From the NCBI GenBank assembly GCA_046344715.1, contig JBKDKX010000016.1, positions 74,202 to 138,201 on the forward strand: a DNA stretch of 64,000 nt. Reading direction: 5' to 3'. This DNA comes from Alphaproteobacteria bacterium. Lineage in GTDB: Bacteria; Pseudomonadota; Alphaproteobacteria; Rickettsiales; SXRF01. Numbering within the stretch: position 1 is the stretch's first letter; each line of letters starts with the position of its first letter. The notes under the pieces are model-generated. The model was not told where the DNA came from. It did no database searches and saw only the letters and a program-made list of their open reading frames with translations. A program made the position numbers and the translations under genes. This document shows, piece by piece, positions 53,117 to 63,503 of this stretch.

Positions 53117-54496
53117 TTGTTATGTGGTGATTTCTTGACCAAAAAACTCTACATCAAAACCTATGGCTGCCAGATGAATGTGTACGATTCCGTGCGCATG
53201 GGCGATGTTATGGCGCCTCTGGGGTATAGCATTTCTGATTCACAGGACGATGCTGATCTTGTTATCCTCAATACCTGCCACATACGTGAAAAGGCCGAGG
53301 AAAAAGTGTATTCCGATTTAGGCCGCATCCGTAAGGAAAAAGAAAAGAAAAAAGAGCGCGGCGAACAGATGCTGATTGCTGTTGGTGGATGCGTTGGACA
53401 GGCGGAAGGCGATGAAATCATCAAACGCGCTCCGTATGTCGATATGGTGCTGGGGCCACAAAGCTATCACCAGTTGCCGGAAATGGTAACCCGCGCCATT
53501 CGTGGGCAGGGGGGTATCGTTGAACTTGATTTTCCTGAGATTCAGAAGTTTGATCTGCTGCCGGAAACCATGAACCCCCGTGGGGTATCTGCATTTTTAT
53601 CGGTGCAGGAAGGCTGTGATAAATTCTGCAGTTTCTGCGTGGTGCCGTACACGCGTGGCGCGGAATATTCCCGTCCGGTTGCCAGCATCCTTGATGAAGC
53701 AAAACGCATGGCGGATAGCGGTACGGTGGAAATTACCCTGCTTGGCCAGAATGTGAATGCCTATCATGGTGATGATGCAAATGGGACCACTGCATCGCTG
53801 GCGGAGTTGATTGAGAAGTTGGCGCGGATACAAGGCATTGAGCGCATTCGTTATACCACTTCGCACCCGCGAGACATGAGTGAGGATTTAATTGCTATTC
53901 ATGGCACTGAGCCAAAGCTCATGCCGTATCTGCACCTGCCAATACAGTCTGGTTCTAACTCGGTGCTTAAGCGTATGAACCGCAAGCATGAAGCTGCTTT
54001 CTATGTAGACATTATACATCGCTTGCGTGCGGCGCGCCCTGATATTGCGCTATCGGGTGATTTTATTGTGGGTTTCCCGGGTGAGACGGATAAGGAATTT
54101 GAAGAAACGCTCGGCTTGGTAAAAGCGGTGGGTTATGCTTCTAGCTATTCCTTCAAATACAGCCCGCGCCCTGGCACGCCAGCGGCTACCGATGATGCAC
54201 AGATAGATGAAGCTGTTAAAGAAGATCGTCTCGCACGTCTGCAATCACTGTTGCTTGGCCAGCATCAGGCGTTCAATGATTCCTGTGTTGGAAAAACCAT
54301 GCCAGTATTGCTTGATCGTGATGGTAAGCATGAAGGCCAGTTCATTGGCAGAACTCCCTATATGCAGTCGGTATATTTATATGCACCGGATGCTGCGCAC
54401 GGCAAAATTGTAGATGTAACCATCATTGGTGCCAGCGGTGTAAGTCTTAAAGGTGAATTAGCAGAACATTCCAACCCCCTCAGAAAGGCCAGCTAG
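53117..54496 (+). CDS. miaB: tRNA (i6A37) methylthiotransferase MiaB
   Basis: [13 protein letters not shown]-terminal UPF0004 motif and radical [14 protein letters not shown]. The true start may be the in-frame TTG at 53135. Confidence 0.92.
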   Translation: MLCGDFLTKKLYIKTYGCQMNVYDSVRMGDVMAPLGYSISDSQDDADLVILNTCHIREKAEEKVYSDLGRIRKEKEKKKERGEQMLIAVGGCVGQAEGDEIIKRAPYVDMVLGPQSYHQLPEMVTRAIRGQGGIVELDFPEIQKFDLLPETMNPRGVSAFLSVQEGCDKFCSFCVVPYTRGAEYSRPVASILDEAKRMADSGTVEITLLGQNVNAYHGDDANGTTASLAELIEKLARIQGIERIRYTTSHPRDMSEDLIAIHGTEPKLMPYLHLPIQSGSNSVLKRMNRKHEAAFYVDIIHRLRAARPDIALSGDFIVGFPGETDKEFEETLGLVKAVGYASSYSFKYSPRPGTPAATDDAQIDEAVKEDRLARLQSLLLGQHQAFNDSCVGKTMPVLLDRDGKHEGQFIGRTPYMQSVYLYAPDAAHGKIVDVTIIGASGVSLKGELAEHSNPLRKAS

Positions 54497-55524
54497 TGAA
54501 AGAAAAAACCAGCAAGAACGGTAAAAATGGTGCGCATGAACCTGCCAATATCAGTATCGTTTTTGAGGATAACGCATTGCTTCCCATGCTTTACGGCGAT
54601 GATGATGCGCATCTGGCCAAGCTTGAAAAGCATTTCGGTGTTCAGGTGTCTTCACGTGGTAATGTGCTGGCACTGACGGGCGAAAAAGAACCGGTGGAGT
54701 TTAGCCGCCGTGTGCTTGAATCGCTCTATGCAGATTTGCGAAAAGGGGCGGAAATTGGTCTTCAGCAGGTGGATGCAGCGATTCGCATGAATAGCCCGCA
54801 GGAAGCAGGTGAGACCAAAAGCCTTTTTGGCATGAGTGATATAGTCATCAAGACTATGAAAAAAACAGTAAAGCCCTATTCGCAGACACAGGCAAAATAC
54901 ATACAGATGCTGGGCAACCATGATCTGGTATTTGCACAAGGCCCCGCCGGTACGGGTAAAACCTATATTGCGGTTGCCATGGCGGTTTCGCAGTTTACCA
55001 GTGGCAAGGTAGAAAAAATTATTCTCTCGCGTCCGGCAGTGGAAGCGGGCGAAAAGCTTGGCTTTCTGCCAGGGGACTTAAAAGAAAAAATCGATCCATA
55101 TCTGCGTCCGCTATATGATGCGCTGTATGACATGATCCCGGGTGAAAAACTTCTGCGTCACATGGAAAACGGAGATATTGAGGTGGCACCGCTTGCGTTC
55201 ATGCGTGGCCGTACATTTTCTAATTCATTTGTGATTCTTGATGAAGCGCAGAACACCACCGCAACCCAAATGAAGATGTTTTTAACCCGTATGGGGCAGG
55301 GGTCACGCATGGTGGTTACGGGTGATTTGTCGCAAACTGATTTACCGAAAGACGTAAAATCCGGCTTAGGTGATGCCATCAGGAAACTTGAAGGCATTGA
55401 CGCCATTGGCTCTGTGCGTTTCTCAGATACTGATGTGGTGCGCCATGCGTTGGCGGCGCGCATTATTCAGGCGTATGACGAGTGGGACAAGAAGCGCCGT
55501 ACGCCAAACCAGCATGATCAGTAA
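54496..55524 (+). CDS. phoH: PhoH family ATPase
   Basis: Walker A GPAGTGKTY and ILDEAQN Walker B. Confidence 0.9.
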   Translation: MKEKTSKNGKNGAHEPANISIVFEDNALLPMLYGDDDAHLAKLEKHFGVQVSSRGNVLALTGEKEPVEFSRRVLESLYADLRKGAEIGLQQVDAAIRMNSPQEAGETKSLFGMSDIVIKTMKKTVKPYSQTQAKYIQMLGNHDLVFAQGPAGTGKTYIAVAMAVSQFTSGKVEKIILSRPAVEAGEKLGFLPGDLKEKIDPYLRPLYDALYDMIPGEKLLRHMENGDIEVAPLAFMRGRTFSNSFVILDEAQNTTATQMKMFLTRMGQGSRMVVTGDLSQTDLPKDVKSGLGDAIRKLEGIDAIGSVRFSDTDVVRHALAARIIQAYDEWDKKRRTPNQHDQ

Positions 55525-55967
55525 TGGTCGTATCAGTTATTATTGATGTACGTGATGCGCGCTGGAAGAAATCCTTACGTCCATACCGTAAAACTATCAT
55601 AGATGCGTGCCATACGGCACTCTCTGCATGTAAGGTAAAGCAGGGCGAATTAGCGGTTGTGCTTGCTGATGATAGTTTTGTGCAGCAGCTTAATGCGACG
55701 TACCGTGGTAAAAATAATCCCACCAATGTATTGTCGTTTGAAGGAGAAGATGAATCTCTGGGTGATATTGTACTAGCCTTTGAAACCATAGAAAAAGAGG
55801 CAGAAGACCAGAAAAAATCATTCAGGGATCACAGTACACATCTTGCCGTGCATGGTGTTTTGCATCTGCTTGGGTATGACCATATGAAGCAAAATGAGGC
55901 CAATAGGATGGAAGCGCTCGAAATAAAAATACTTAAAAAACTAGGGGTTGCAAATCCATACTTGTAG
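55524..55967 (+). CDS. ybeY: rRNA maturation endoribonuclease YbeY
   Basis: Zinc motif HGVLHLLGYDH. Confidence 0.92.
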   Translation: MVVSVIIDVRDARWKKSLRPYRKTIIDACHTALSACKVKQGELAVVLADDSFVQQLNATYRGKNNPTNVLSFEGEDESLGDIVLAFETIEKEAEDQKKSFRDHSTHLAVHGVLHLLGYDHMKQNEANRMEALEIKILKKLGVANPYL

Positions 55968-56001
55968 AGATGGTCAGAGTTTGCTACTAATCAAGACCTC
56001 T

Positions 56002-56952
56002 ATGAAACTTGCAACACGTATTCAAATTTCCGACTCTGTGTCTGAACAATCCTCGCCAGAAAAAACTACAGACGCGCCTGCTTTTAATAGTAGCGGCGCG
56101 GAGAGCAACCCTTCGTTTGGCCAATCTTTTCGTAGTTGGTTGCGTCGTCTGGTTGGTGGTAAGCCAGATGGTTCGCTCAAGGAAGCATTAGAAGAAGTCA
56201 TTGAAGAGCGTGAGGAGCAGGGTGATATAACGTTGCCACCGGAAGAAAAAGTAATTCTGCATAATGTGCTTTCTTTCGGTGATATTAAGGTCAGTGACAT
56301 TATGGTGCCACGCACCGATATTGCTGCCGTGCCTTCTGACATCACGCTCGATGCGCTTAAAGCGCACATTATAGATCAGCGTCACACACGTATTCCCGTG
56401 TATGACGGTACGATGGATAAGATGCAGGGATTCCTGCATGTAAAAGATTTGCTTCCTATGCTTTCCTGCGATGTGCCTTATGACATACGCACGGTAATGC
56501 GCAGCCTGCTGTTTGTTCCGGCTTCCATGCGTATCATGGATTTGCTGGTACGGATGCGTCATGCGGGTAGCCATATGGCTATTGTGGTTGATGAATATGG
56601 TGGCAGTGACGGTCTTGTGACCATGGAAGATGTCTTCGAAGAAATCGTTGGTGATATTCAGGATGAGCATGATGAAGATGAAGTGCTGGCCGAAGAAATA
56701 TACCGTATCAATGAAAAAACCTATGAGGTGAATGCTCGTATTCGCGTTGATAAGCTGGAGCAGGAACTAGGCCTGAATTTGATTACCGAAGAAAAGAAAG
56801 ATGATTTTGATACCTTGGGGGGGCTTATTTTCTTCCAGCTTGGGCGCGTGCCTGTAAAAGGTGAAATGATTCCGCATGTATCGGGCATTCGCTTTGAGAT
56901 CACAGAGGCTGATATGCGCCGTATTCGTCGTGTGCGTATCCACACCTCCTGA
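56002..56952 (+). CDS. corC: CBS-domain hemolysin/CorC (TlyC) family protein
   Basis: CBS pair (IMVPRTDI..., RIPVY...) and a CorC_HlyC C-terminal domain. Start uncertain: 55948 or 56002. Confidence 0.85.
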   Translation: MKLATRIQISDSVSEQSSPEKTTDAPAFNSSGAESNPSFGQSFRSWLRRLVGGKPDGSLKEALEEVIEEREEQGDITLPPEEKVILHNVLSFGDIKVSDIMVPRTDIAAVPSDITLDALKAHIIDQRHTRIPVYDGTMDKMQGFLHVKDLLPMLSCDVPYDIRTVMRSLLFVPASMRIMDLLVRMRHAGSHMAIVVDEYGGSDGLVTMEDVFEEIVGDIQDEHDEDEVLAEEIYRINEKTYEVNARIRVDKLEQELGLNLITEEKKDDFDTLGGLIFFQLGRVPVKGEMIPHVSGIRFEITEADMRRIRRVRIHTS

Positions 56953-58406
56953 TGAGGAAGATATTTTCTATTGGTATGCTGCGTGGGTGGCGGCGTAATT
57001 TTGCGGCGTTTGCATTTGGCGTATGCGCCACGTTTACCTTGCCGCCCTTCTTCTTTTTTCCGCTTTTGATACCTGCTTTTTCCGGTCTTTTTCTGTTACT
57101 GCATGGTGCAGAAAATCGCCGACGCATGTTTCTTGATGGCTGGTGGTGGGGCTGGGGATATTACATCACCGGATTATACTGGTTCTGTATAGCGCTGCTT
57201 ACGGATGCTGAAAAATTTGCGTGGTTGATACCTTTTGCCTTATTTGGTCTTACAGCGGTTATTGCTTTATATAACGGTGTTATTTGCCTGTTATTTTCTT
57301 TTATACGCTTGGGAGGCATTGGCCGCATTGCTGCGTTTTCGTTCATCTGGCTTGGTGTTGAATATGCACGTGGACATTTATTCACCGGATTTCCGTGGAA
57401 TCTTGCGGGGTATATATTTGCGGCATCGGATATATCCATTCAGCTTGCATCATTGGTGGGTGCCTATGGACTTACATGGTTTGCTGTATTGTTGGGTGTA
57501 GTTCCTGCATTATGTGTAATGAAACATATAGATAAAAAACATGCCATAACCTGTGCTGCATCTGTATATCTGGTTTTATGTATTGGCCTTGCATGGGGTG
57601 CATGGCGTTTGCATCAGGCAGGTGAAACCCAATTTGTAAAAGGCGTAAAGATCCGGCTTGTGCAGGCCAATATCGCGCAGCATCATAAATGGGATCCTGC
57701 CCTGCAGATGGAAGGGCTGAGAGCATATGCCGAGCTTACGCAGGCAGAAGGGATAGAAACCATCACCCACGTGATATGGCCGGAGACTGCGGTGCCCTAT
57801 GTGGTGCGCGAAGGCAGTAGGCTGACTGAGATGCTGGGTGCTGTATTAGCACCGCATTCCACACTAATTACCGGTGCGCTCCGTGCCGAGGGTGCCGGAC
57901 AAGACGGAAAGATATGGAACAGTGTGGTAGCCCTTGACGCTAATGGGAATATTCTAGGAAGCTATGATAAGCACAAGCTGGTGCCTTTTGGCGAATTTCT
58001 GCCATTTCGTTCATTGATTCCTGAGAAATGGGCAACACCCGTAGGCAATAAAGATTTTTCAGCAGGTACAGGGCCTGCTACCCTTGATTGGGCAGGTCTT
58101 TCGGGAATAAGCCCACTAATATGCTACGAGGCGATTTTTCCTGAGTTAGCCGTTAATAATGATCATACTCCTTCATTATTACTGAATCTTACCAACGATG
58201 CCTGGTTTGGAACCAGTTCAGGGCCGCATCAGCACTTTCACATGAGCCGTATGCGGGCGGTAGAGCACGGGATTCCAATGATTCGGGTGGCTAACACGGG
58301 CATATCGGCTGTGATTGATAGTTATGGCCGTGTGATACAAAGACTGGAACTAGAGCAGGGCGGCGTGATTGACACCGGCTTACCTGAAAAAGCAAACCTG
58401 TATTAA
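56952..58406 (+). CDS. lnt: apolipoprotein N-acyltransferase
   Basis: Multi-TM N-terminus plus a CN-hydrolase domain (ICYEAIFP active-site Cys context). Confidence 0.9.
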   Translation: MRKIFSIGMLRGWRRNFAAFAFGVCATFTLPPFFFFPLLIPAFSGLFLLLHGAENRRRMFLDGWWWGWGYYITGLYWFCIALLTDAEKFAWLIPFALFGLTAVIALYNGVICLLFSFIRLGGIGRIAAFSFIWLGVEYARGHLFTGFPWNLAGYIFAASDISIQLASLVGAYGLTWFAVLLGVVPALCVMKHIDKKHAITCAASVYLVLCIGLAWGAWRLHQAGETQFVKGVKIRLVQANIAQHHKWDPALQMEGLRAYAELTQAEGIETITHVIWPETAVPYVVREGSRLTEMLGAVLAPHSTLITGALRAEGAGQDGKIWNSVVALDANGNILGSYDKHKLVPFGEFLPFRSLIPEKWATPVGNKDFSAGTGPATLDWAGLSGISPLICYEAIFPELAVNNDHTPSLLLNLTNDAWFGTSSGPHQHFHMSRMRAVEHGIPMIRVANTGISAVIDSYGRVIQRLELEQGGVIDTGLPEKANLY

Positions 58407-58648
58407 ATTCTAACATTTCAGGTAAATACCTTTTGTATAGATGTAGTAATTCTGGACTGATTCCTGCCTATATATTAGTATCACCTCATTAAATCTCGCT
58501 ATAGAATATTGAGTAATTTGATATGACTTTCTGTTAACTTTTCGCTTGCAAGTTGTGGTGGTTTGTTAATACAATCCAAAATTATTAATTCTCCAAAACT
58601 TATTAATTTTTTTTTCGTATTCTTTCGGGAGTACACAAAGCTAGGTCT

Positions 58649-59086
58649 ATGAGTGCAAAAAAAAATACCGTTTCGAAATCTTCCGTGTCAAAAAAAGATG
58701 TGGATGCTCACATTGGTCAGCGACTGCGCCAGCGTCGTACCATGATGGGATTGAGTCAGGAATCCGTGGCTCGTGCAGTGGGCATCACGTTTCAGCAGGT
58801 ACAAAAGTACGAAAAAGGCACGAATGCCATGAATGCTGCTCGCCTTTATGAATTCGCCAATTTTATGAATGTTCCAGTGGCATATTTCTTTGATGGGCTG
58901 GGACAAGCATCTGCGCAGCCTGGATTTGCTGAATCTGGGGCAGATACATTTGATCAAAAACGTGTATCAGATCGGGAATCGCTGGAGATGATGAAAGCGT
59001 TCAAACGTATTCCAGAGCAGGTTATCCGCAAGCGCTTGTCCGATCTGGTGCGTGCAGTAGCTGATAATAAGTCTATCCTCGATTAA
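58649..59086 (+). CDS. XRE-family helix-turn-helix transcriptional regulator
   Basis: HIGQRLRQRRTMMGLSQESVARAVGITFQQVQKYEKGTN HTH motif. Conserved lnt-XRE-metK position in alphaproteobacteria. Confidence 0.85.
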   Translation: MSAKKNTVSKSSVSKKDVDAHIGQRLRQRRTMMGLSQESVARAVGITFQQVQKYEKGTNAMNAARLYEFANFMNVPVAYFFDGLGQASAQPGFAESGADTFDQKRVSDRESLEMMKAFKRIPEQVIRKRLSDLVRAVADNKSILD

Positions 59087-59137
59087 TATCGAACACTTGA
59101 CTTAAGGTGTATTTTATATAGTCTGTGGGCCAGTTCA

Positions 59138-59210
59138 GGTGGGGATTTGGTTTGCTTGCCGCCACGATAAAAACAGGTCTAAGCGTTCCGGAGTAGGTTC
59201 CGGAGTTGCA
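59138..59210 (+). promoter_or_regulatory. possible SAM-II-like riboswitch in the metK leader (tentative)
   Basis: The hairpin GUGGGG-AUUUGGUUUGCUUG-CCGCCAC has a GAUUU...GCUUG loop, and a downstream UAAGC could pair with the loop GCUU (H-type pseudoknot). A TCCGGA/TCCGGA hairpin follows. Matched to the consensus from memory only. Confidence 0.3.
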
Positions 59211-59246
59211 CGCCGTATCCCTGAATTTTTTTGAAAGGGTTTTGTC

Positions 59247-60455
59247 GTGTCCAGTCGTTTTTCAGATCGCAGCAGTTATATTTTTACCAGTGAGTCCGTA
59301 GCGGAAGGTCATCCAGATAAAGTCTGTGACCAGATTTCCGACGCCATTGTCGATGCCATGCTGGAAGAAAATCCAGAAGCGCGTGTGGCAGCGGAGTGCT
59401 TAGCCACCACCAACACCATCGTGATTGCGGGTGAAACGCGCGGCGCAGAAAATATCACCAAAGCGCAGATTGAAAAAATCGCGCGCGATAAAGTGCGCGA
59501 AATTGGATATCTTCAGGAAGGTTTTCACGCCGATAATATGGACGTATATGTGCATCTGCACAGCCAGTCTACCGATATTGCCATGGGTGTAGATGCGGGC
59601 GAAAATAAAGATGAAGGCGCAGGTGACCAGGGTATTATGTTTGGCTTTGCCTGCAACGAAACAGAGCAGTTTATGCCAGCGCCTATTCAACTGGCAAACC
59701 GTATTCTGCTTGGGCTTTCACGCGCTCGCCATACCGGTGAGGCGAAAGGTCTTGGCCCTGATGCAAAGAGCCAGATTTCCTTGCTGTATGAAAACGGCAA
59801 GCCTGTAAAAGCAACGTCCATCGTTGTTTCAACCCAGCATGATAAAGACGTAAATCAAAAACAAATCCGTGAAATTGTCCGTCATTATGTCATGCAATCA
59901 CTACCAAATAAAAACTGGATGTGCGATGAAGCGGAGTTTTATGTCAATCCAACCGGACAGTTTATCATTGGTGGACCAGATGGTGACTGTGGCCTTACGG
60001 GTCGTAAAATCATCGTGGATACATACGGCGGCGCGGCACCCCATGGTGGTGGAGCGTTCTCAGGCAAAGATCCCACAAAAGTGGATCGTTCGGCGGCCTA
60101 TATGGCACGCTACCTTGCTAAAAACGTGGTGGCCGCAGGTCTTTCTGACCGCTGTACCATTCAGCTGTCATACGCCATTGGGGTATCTAAGCCGCTATCG
60201 TTTTACGTGAGCACGGATGGTACGAGTCAGGTGGATGAAGCCAAGCTGGAGCAACGGTTGCAGCAGATGGTAGATTTAAGCCCGCGCGGTATCCGCAAAC
60301 ACCTGCAGCTTAACCGTCCGATTTATGCACGCACAGCAGCTTATGGTCATTTTGGCCGTGAGCCAGATAAAACCGGCGGCTTCACATGGGAGAAGCTGGA
60401 TTTAGTGGATGCGTTGCGAAGCGAATTTGGTGCCAAGAAAAAACAGGCACTATAA
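59247..60455 (+). CDS. metK: S-adenosylmethionine synthase
   Basis: GTG start; motifs [27 protein letters not shown] and [16 protein letters not shown]. Confidence 0.95.
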   Translation: MSSRFSDRSSYIFTSESVAEGHPDKVCDQISDAIVDAMLEENPEARVAAECLATTNTIVIAGETRGAENITKAQIEKIARDKVREIGYLQEGFHADNMDVYVHLHSQSTDIAMGVDAGENKDEGAGDQGIMFGFACNETEQFMPAPIQLANRILLGLSRARHTGEAKGLGPDAKSQISLLYENGKPVKATSIVVSTQHDKDVNQKQIREIVRHYVMQSLPNKNWMCDEAEFYVNPTGQFIIGGPDGDCGLTGRKIIVDTYGGAAPHGGGAFSGKDPTKVDRSAAYMARYLAKNVVAAGLSDRCTIQLSYAIGVSKPLSFYVSTDGTSQVDEAKLEQRLQQMVDLSPRGIRKHLQLNRPIYARTAAYGHFGREPDKTGGFTWEKLDLVDALRSEFGAKKKQAL

Positions 60456-60464
60456 ATACGCTCA

Positions 60465-61202
60465 ATGCATTCTAAGGAAGAATGGCAACATCACCGGCCG
60501 CTTGCCTCGTTTGGCAGGCGCAAAGGGCGTAGCTTGCGTACCACACGGCAAACGCTGGTTGATACGTTGCTGCCACAACTTGAGATAAGTAGTGTAGTCA
60601 TGGAGTCATGGAGTGGTGGAGGTGAAAAAAAGATGTGTTCATCTCTATTCCCCCATTACTCCACTACTCCATCACTCCACCACCCCCTCTGGCTTGAAAT
60701 AGGCTTTGGTGGCGGTGAGCACCTTGCGCATCAGGCGGCGTTATACCCCCATGTAGGTATCATCGGATGCGAGCCCTATATCAATGGCATCGGCGATTTA
60801 CTCAAAAAAATTGATGCACAGAAACTCTCTAACATTCGCATATTTACCGATGATGCACGGTTGTTGATTGAAGAACTGCCAGACAGTTGTCTGGAAAAAG
60901 TGTTCATTTCATATCCTGACCCATGGCCTAAAACACGTCACCACAAACGTCGGCTGGTTTCGAAAGAAACGCTGGATATGCTGGCGAGGGTGATGAAAAA
61001 AGGAGCAGAGCTGCGGCTTGCCACCGACCATGCGGATTATGCCACATGGATGCTGGAGCAGCTGCTAACCCACCCAAATTTCACATGGACAGCACAATGT
61101 GCTAGTGATTGGAAAACTCCACCAAGTGACTGGATTCCCACGCGTTATGAGCAAAAGCGCCTCGCCGGAACGCCCACGTATTTGAATTTTACACGTTCCT
61201 GA
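60465..61202 (+). CDS. trmB: tRNA (guanine46-N7)-methyltransferase
   Basis: FGRRKGRSLR N-terminal motif, SAM-binding LEIGFGGGEHL, and YPDPWPKTRHHKRRL. Contains an internal palindromic repeat (see findings). Confidence 0.88.
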   Translation: MHSKEEWQHHRPLASFGRRKGRSLRTTRQTLVDTLLPQLEISSVVMESWSGGGEKKMCSSLFPHYSTTPSLHHPLWLEIGFGGGEHLAHQAALYPHVGIIGCEPYINGIGDLLKKIDAQKLSNIRIFTDDARLLIEELPDSCLEKVFISYPDPWPKTRHHKRRLVSKETLDMLARVMKKGAELRLATDHADYATWMLEQLLTHPNFTWTAQCASDWKTPPSDWIPTRYEQKRLAGTPTYLNFTRS

Positions 61203-61253
61203 TTAACCAGTAAGTAATTACCGCTATATATACTTGAATTCTGGCAGGTAAAA

Positions 61254-61883
61254 ATGGCTGAACTTGATCGCAAATGGACACTTCGGACTGCCGGTTCTGA
61301 CAATGTTGTCATCCATATTAATCAGAAAAAAGGTAATAATGGTGCTGATGGCGATGGCTTCTATATGGAGGTGGAAGGCCTCATAGATCCATGTCTGTCT
61401 AAACAAGAGCCATCAGGTGGTGCTATTTGTATTGGATATGAAACTAAGAATCCTGCATTGCTAAATATGATGTTTTTATTACAGGAAAAAATGCAAGACA
61501 TTGTCGCTAAAGCAGCACATGATACCAATGTATTGCAGCAAATTTCTCGACTAAACCCGCAAGGACTTCCAAATTTTAGGTTGGAAAATTATTCAAGAGA
61601 TAGTTTGTTTGGGGCGGTATCTTTCAACAATGGAGGTTTCGGAACAGGCAGAGCAAGAAAAAAGTTTTTTGAGAATGTAGCACGGGCGATAGATGTACTG
61701 ATTCCTGAGCTTAATGCAGTCATACAAAAAGATTCAAAATTGCAACCAGATCCTGCAAATCCTGACCATGTTCAGGCTGCGGTGCAACGTTACAATGACA
61801 CAGCCATGGATAGTGCACAAAGCCTCACCAGAATACTGAATCTACGCGCACAAAGAGAAAATGGTGGTAAACAGATTGGCTAA
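61254..61883 (+). CDS. hypothetical protein (209 aa)
   Basis: ORF only; no motif recognised. Confidence 0.5.
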   Translation: MAELDRKWTLRTAGSDNVVIHINQKKGNNGADGDGFYMEVEGLIDPCLSKQEPSGGAICIGYETKNPALLNMMFLLQEKMQDIVAKAAHDTNVLQQISRLNPQGLPNFRLENYSRDSLFGAVSFNNGGFGTGRARKKFFENVARAIDVLIPELNAVIQKDSKLQPDPANPDHVQAAVQRYNDTAMDSAQSLTRILNLRAQRENGGKQIG

Positions 61884-61888
61884 TAGTA

Positions 61889-63085
61889 TTAAGATTTTAG
61901 CGCTCTCAAAATATCTGCTTCCAAATCCTTTATATCCTCAATCCCAACAGACAAGCGAACCAGTCCGTCTGTGATGCCGTGTGCTTTGCGCTCGGCGGCA
62001 CTGATGCTAGAATGTGTGGTGCTGGCCGGATGTGTGGCAAGGCTTTTGGCATTGCCCAGATTGTTTGAAATATCAAATACACTAAGTGCATTCATGAATT
62101 TAAATGCTGCTTTCTTGCCGCCTTTTAGTTCAATGGCGATCATTGATCCGCCGGATGCCATTTGTTTTTTAGCCAGCGCAAATTGCGGATGGCTTTTTAA
62201 GTGCGGGTACACCACTTTCAACACTTTCGGGTGTTTTTCCAGTACTGCTGCAAGCCGCGCTGCATTGCTTGAGTGGCGCTCAAGCCGCAGCGGCAGAGTC
62301 TCCAAACTTTTCAGTAACACCCACGCATTAAACGGGCTCATATGCGGGCCGGTGTGGCGCACAAACGGCATCAGCACATCATCAATGAATTTGCGCTTTC
62401 CAAGCACCGCGCCACCGAGCGTCCGCCCCTGACCATCCAGATGTTTTGTGGTGGAATAAATCACCACATCTGCACCCAACTCAAGCGGTGCTTGAATCGA
62501 AGCGGGTGCAAACACGTTATCGACAATTAATTGTGCTTTTACTTTTTTGCAAAGTTTGGCAACAGATGCTATATCCACCAGTTCCAGCGTAGGATTCGCC
62601 GGAGATTCCAAAAACACACAGGCAGGCTTTGCTGCGAGTGCTTTTTCCCATGCCTTCATATCTGTGCCATCCACCAGCTTGTAGGTGATGCCAAAGCGCG
62701 GCAGAATTTGCGTGATAATATAATGGCAGGAGCTGAACATCACGCGTGCGGCCACCACATGGTCACCCGCCTTCAGCTGGCACATGAGGGCAGCAAACAC
62801 TGCCGCCATACCGGAAGCGGTGACAATGCAGGCTTCTGCACCTTCCATCAAACACAGGCGTTCCTGCAGCATTTCAAGGTTTGGGTGGGAGTAGCGGCCA
62901 TATTTGAAGCCCACATCCTTGCCTGCAAAGCGGGCTTCGCCTTGTTCTGCCGAGTCGTAAGAGTATGAAGAATTGAGGAATAATGCCTCAGAGGTTTCGC
63001 CATAAGGGCTTTGCAGGCGGCCGCCACGCACAAGGCGTGTTGCCAGTTGCCAGTTCTTCGGATTTGCCGTATTTTTGCGCTTCAT
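61889..63085 (-). CDS. metZ: O-succinylhomoserine sulfhydrylase (Cys/Met-metabolism PLP enzyme)
   Basis: TRLVRGGRLQSPYGETSEALFLNSSYSYDSAEQGEARF N-terminal pattern and the STTKHLDGQG PLP-lysine motif. Start trimmed to the ATG at 63085. Confidence 0.85.
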   Translation of the reverse strand: MKRKNTANPKNWQLATRLVRGGRLQSPYGETSEALFLNSSYSYDSAEQGEARFAGKDVGFKYGRYSHPNLEMLQERLCLMEGAEACIVTASGMAAVFAALMCQLKAGDHVVAARVMFSSCHYIITQILPRFGITYKLVDGTDMKAWEKALAAKPACVFLESPANPTLELVDIASVAKLCKKVKAQLIVDNVFAPASIQAPLELGADVVIYSTTKHLDGQGRTLGGAVLGKRKFIDDVLMPFVRHTGPHMSPFNAWVLLKSLETLPLRLERHSSNAARLAAVLEKHPKVLKVVYPHLKSHPQFALAKKQMASGGSMIAIELKGGKKAAFKFMNALSVFDISNNLGNAKSLATHPASTTHSSISAAERKAHGITDGLVRLSVGIEDIKDLEADILRALKS

Positions 63086-63107
63086 AAGTGTAACATAAGG
63101 GATTTTT

Positions 63108-63503
63108 ATGCTGGATGTCACGGCGTTTTTTGCAGGTATATTGGGACTGATGCTGGTTGCGCTCTCGATAAATATCATTATCGACCGCTACAGGTATAAA
63201 GTTTCGCTGGGAGACGGCGGTCATGCTGACACAAACCGTAAGATACGCGCACAGGCCAATTTTGTAGAATATGTGCCGTTCGCGCTTATCCTGATGGTGA
63301 TAGGGGAGATATCAGGAACAGAAAAAGATATTCTAGCGTATCTGGGAGTGCTTCTGGTGTTTGGCCGTATATCGCATGCTTTCAGCCTCCTGTATTTTGA
63401 GTCGCGTTTTAAAAAAATAATTTTCAGGCAGATCGGCATGGTTTCTACATTTACCGTTATTATTCTGCTTTCGCTGATCTTTGCATTGGGACATCTGGCG
63501 TAA
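63108..63503 (+). CDS. MAPEG family membrane protein
   Basis: 131 aa, 3-4 TM, with RAQANFVEYVPFALIL motif. Confidence 0.75.
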   Translation: MLDVTAFFAGILGLMLVALSINIIIDRYRYKVSLGDGGHADTNRKIRAQANFVEYVPFALILMVIGEISGTEKDILAYLGVLLVFGRISHAFSLLYFESRFKKIIFRQIGMVSTFTVIILLSLIFALGHLA

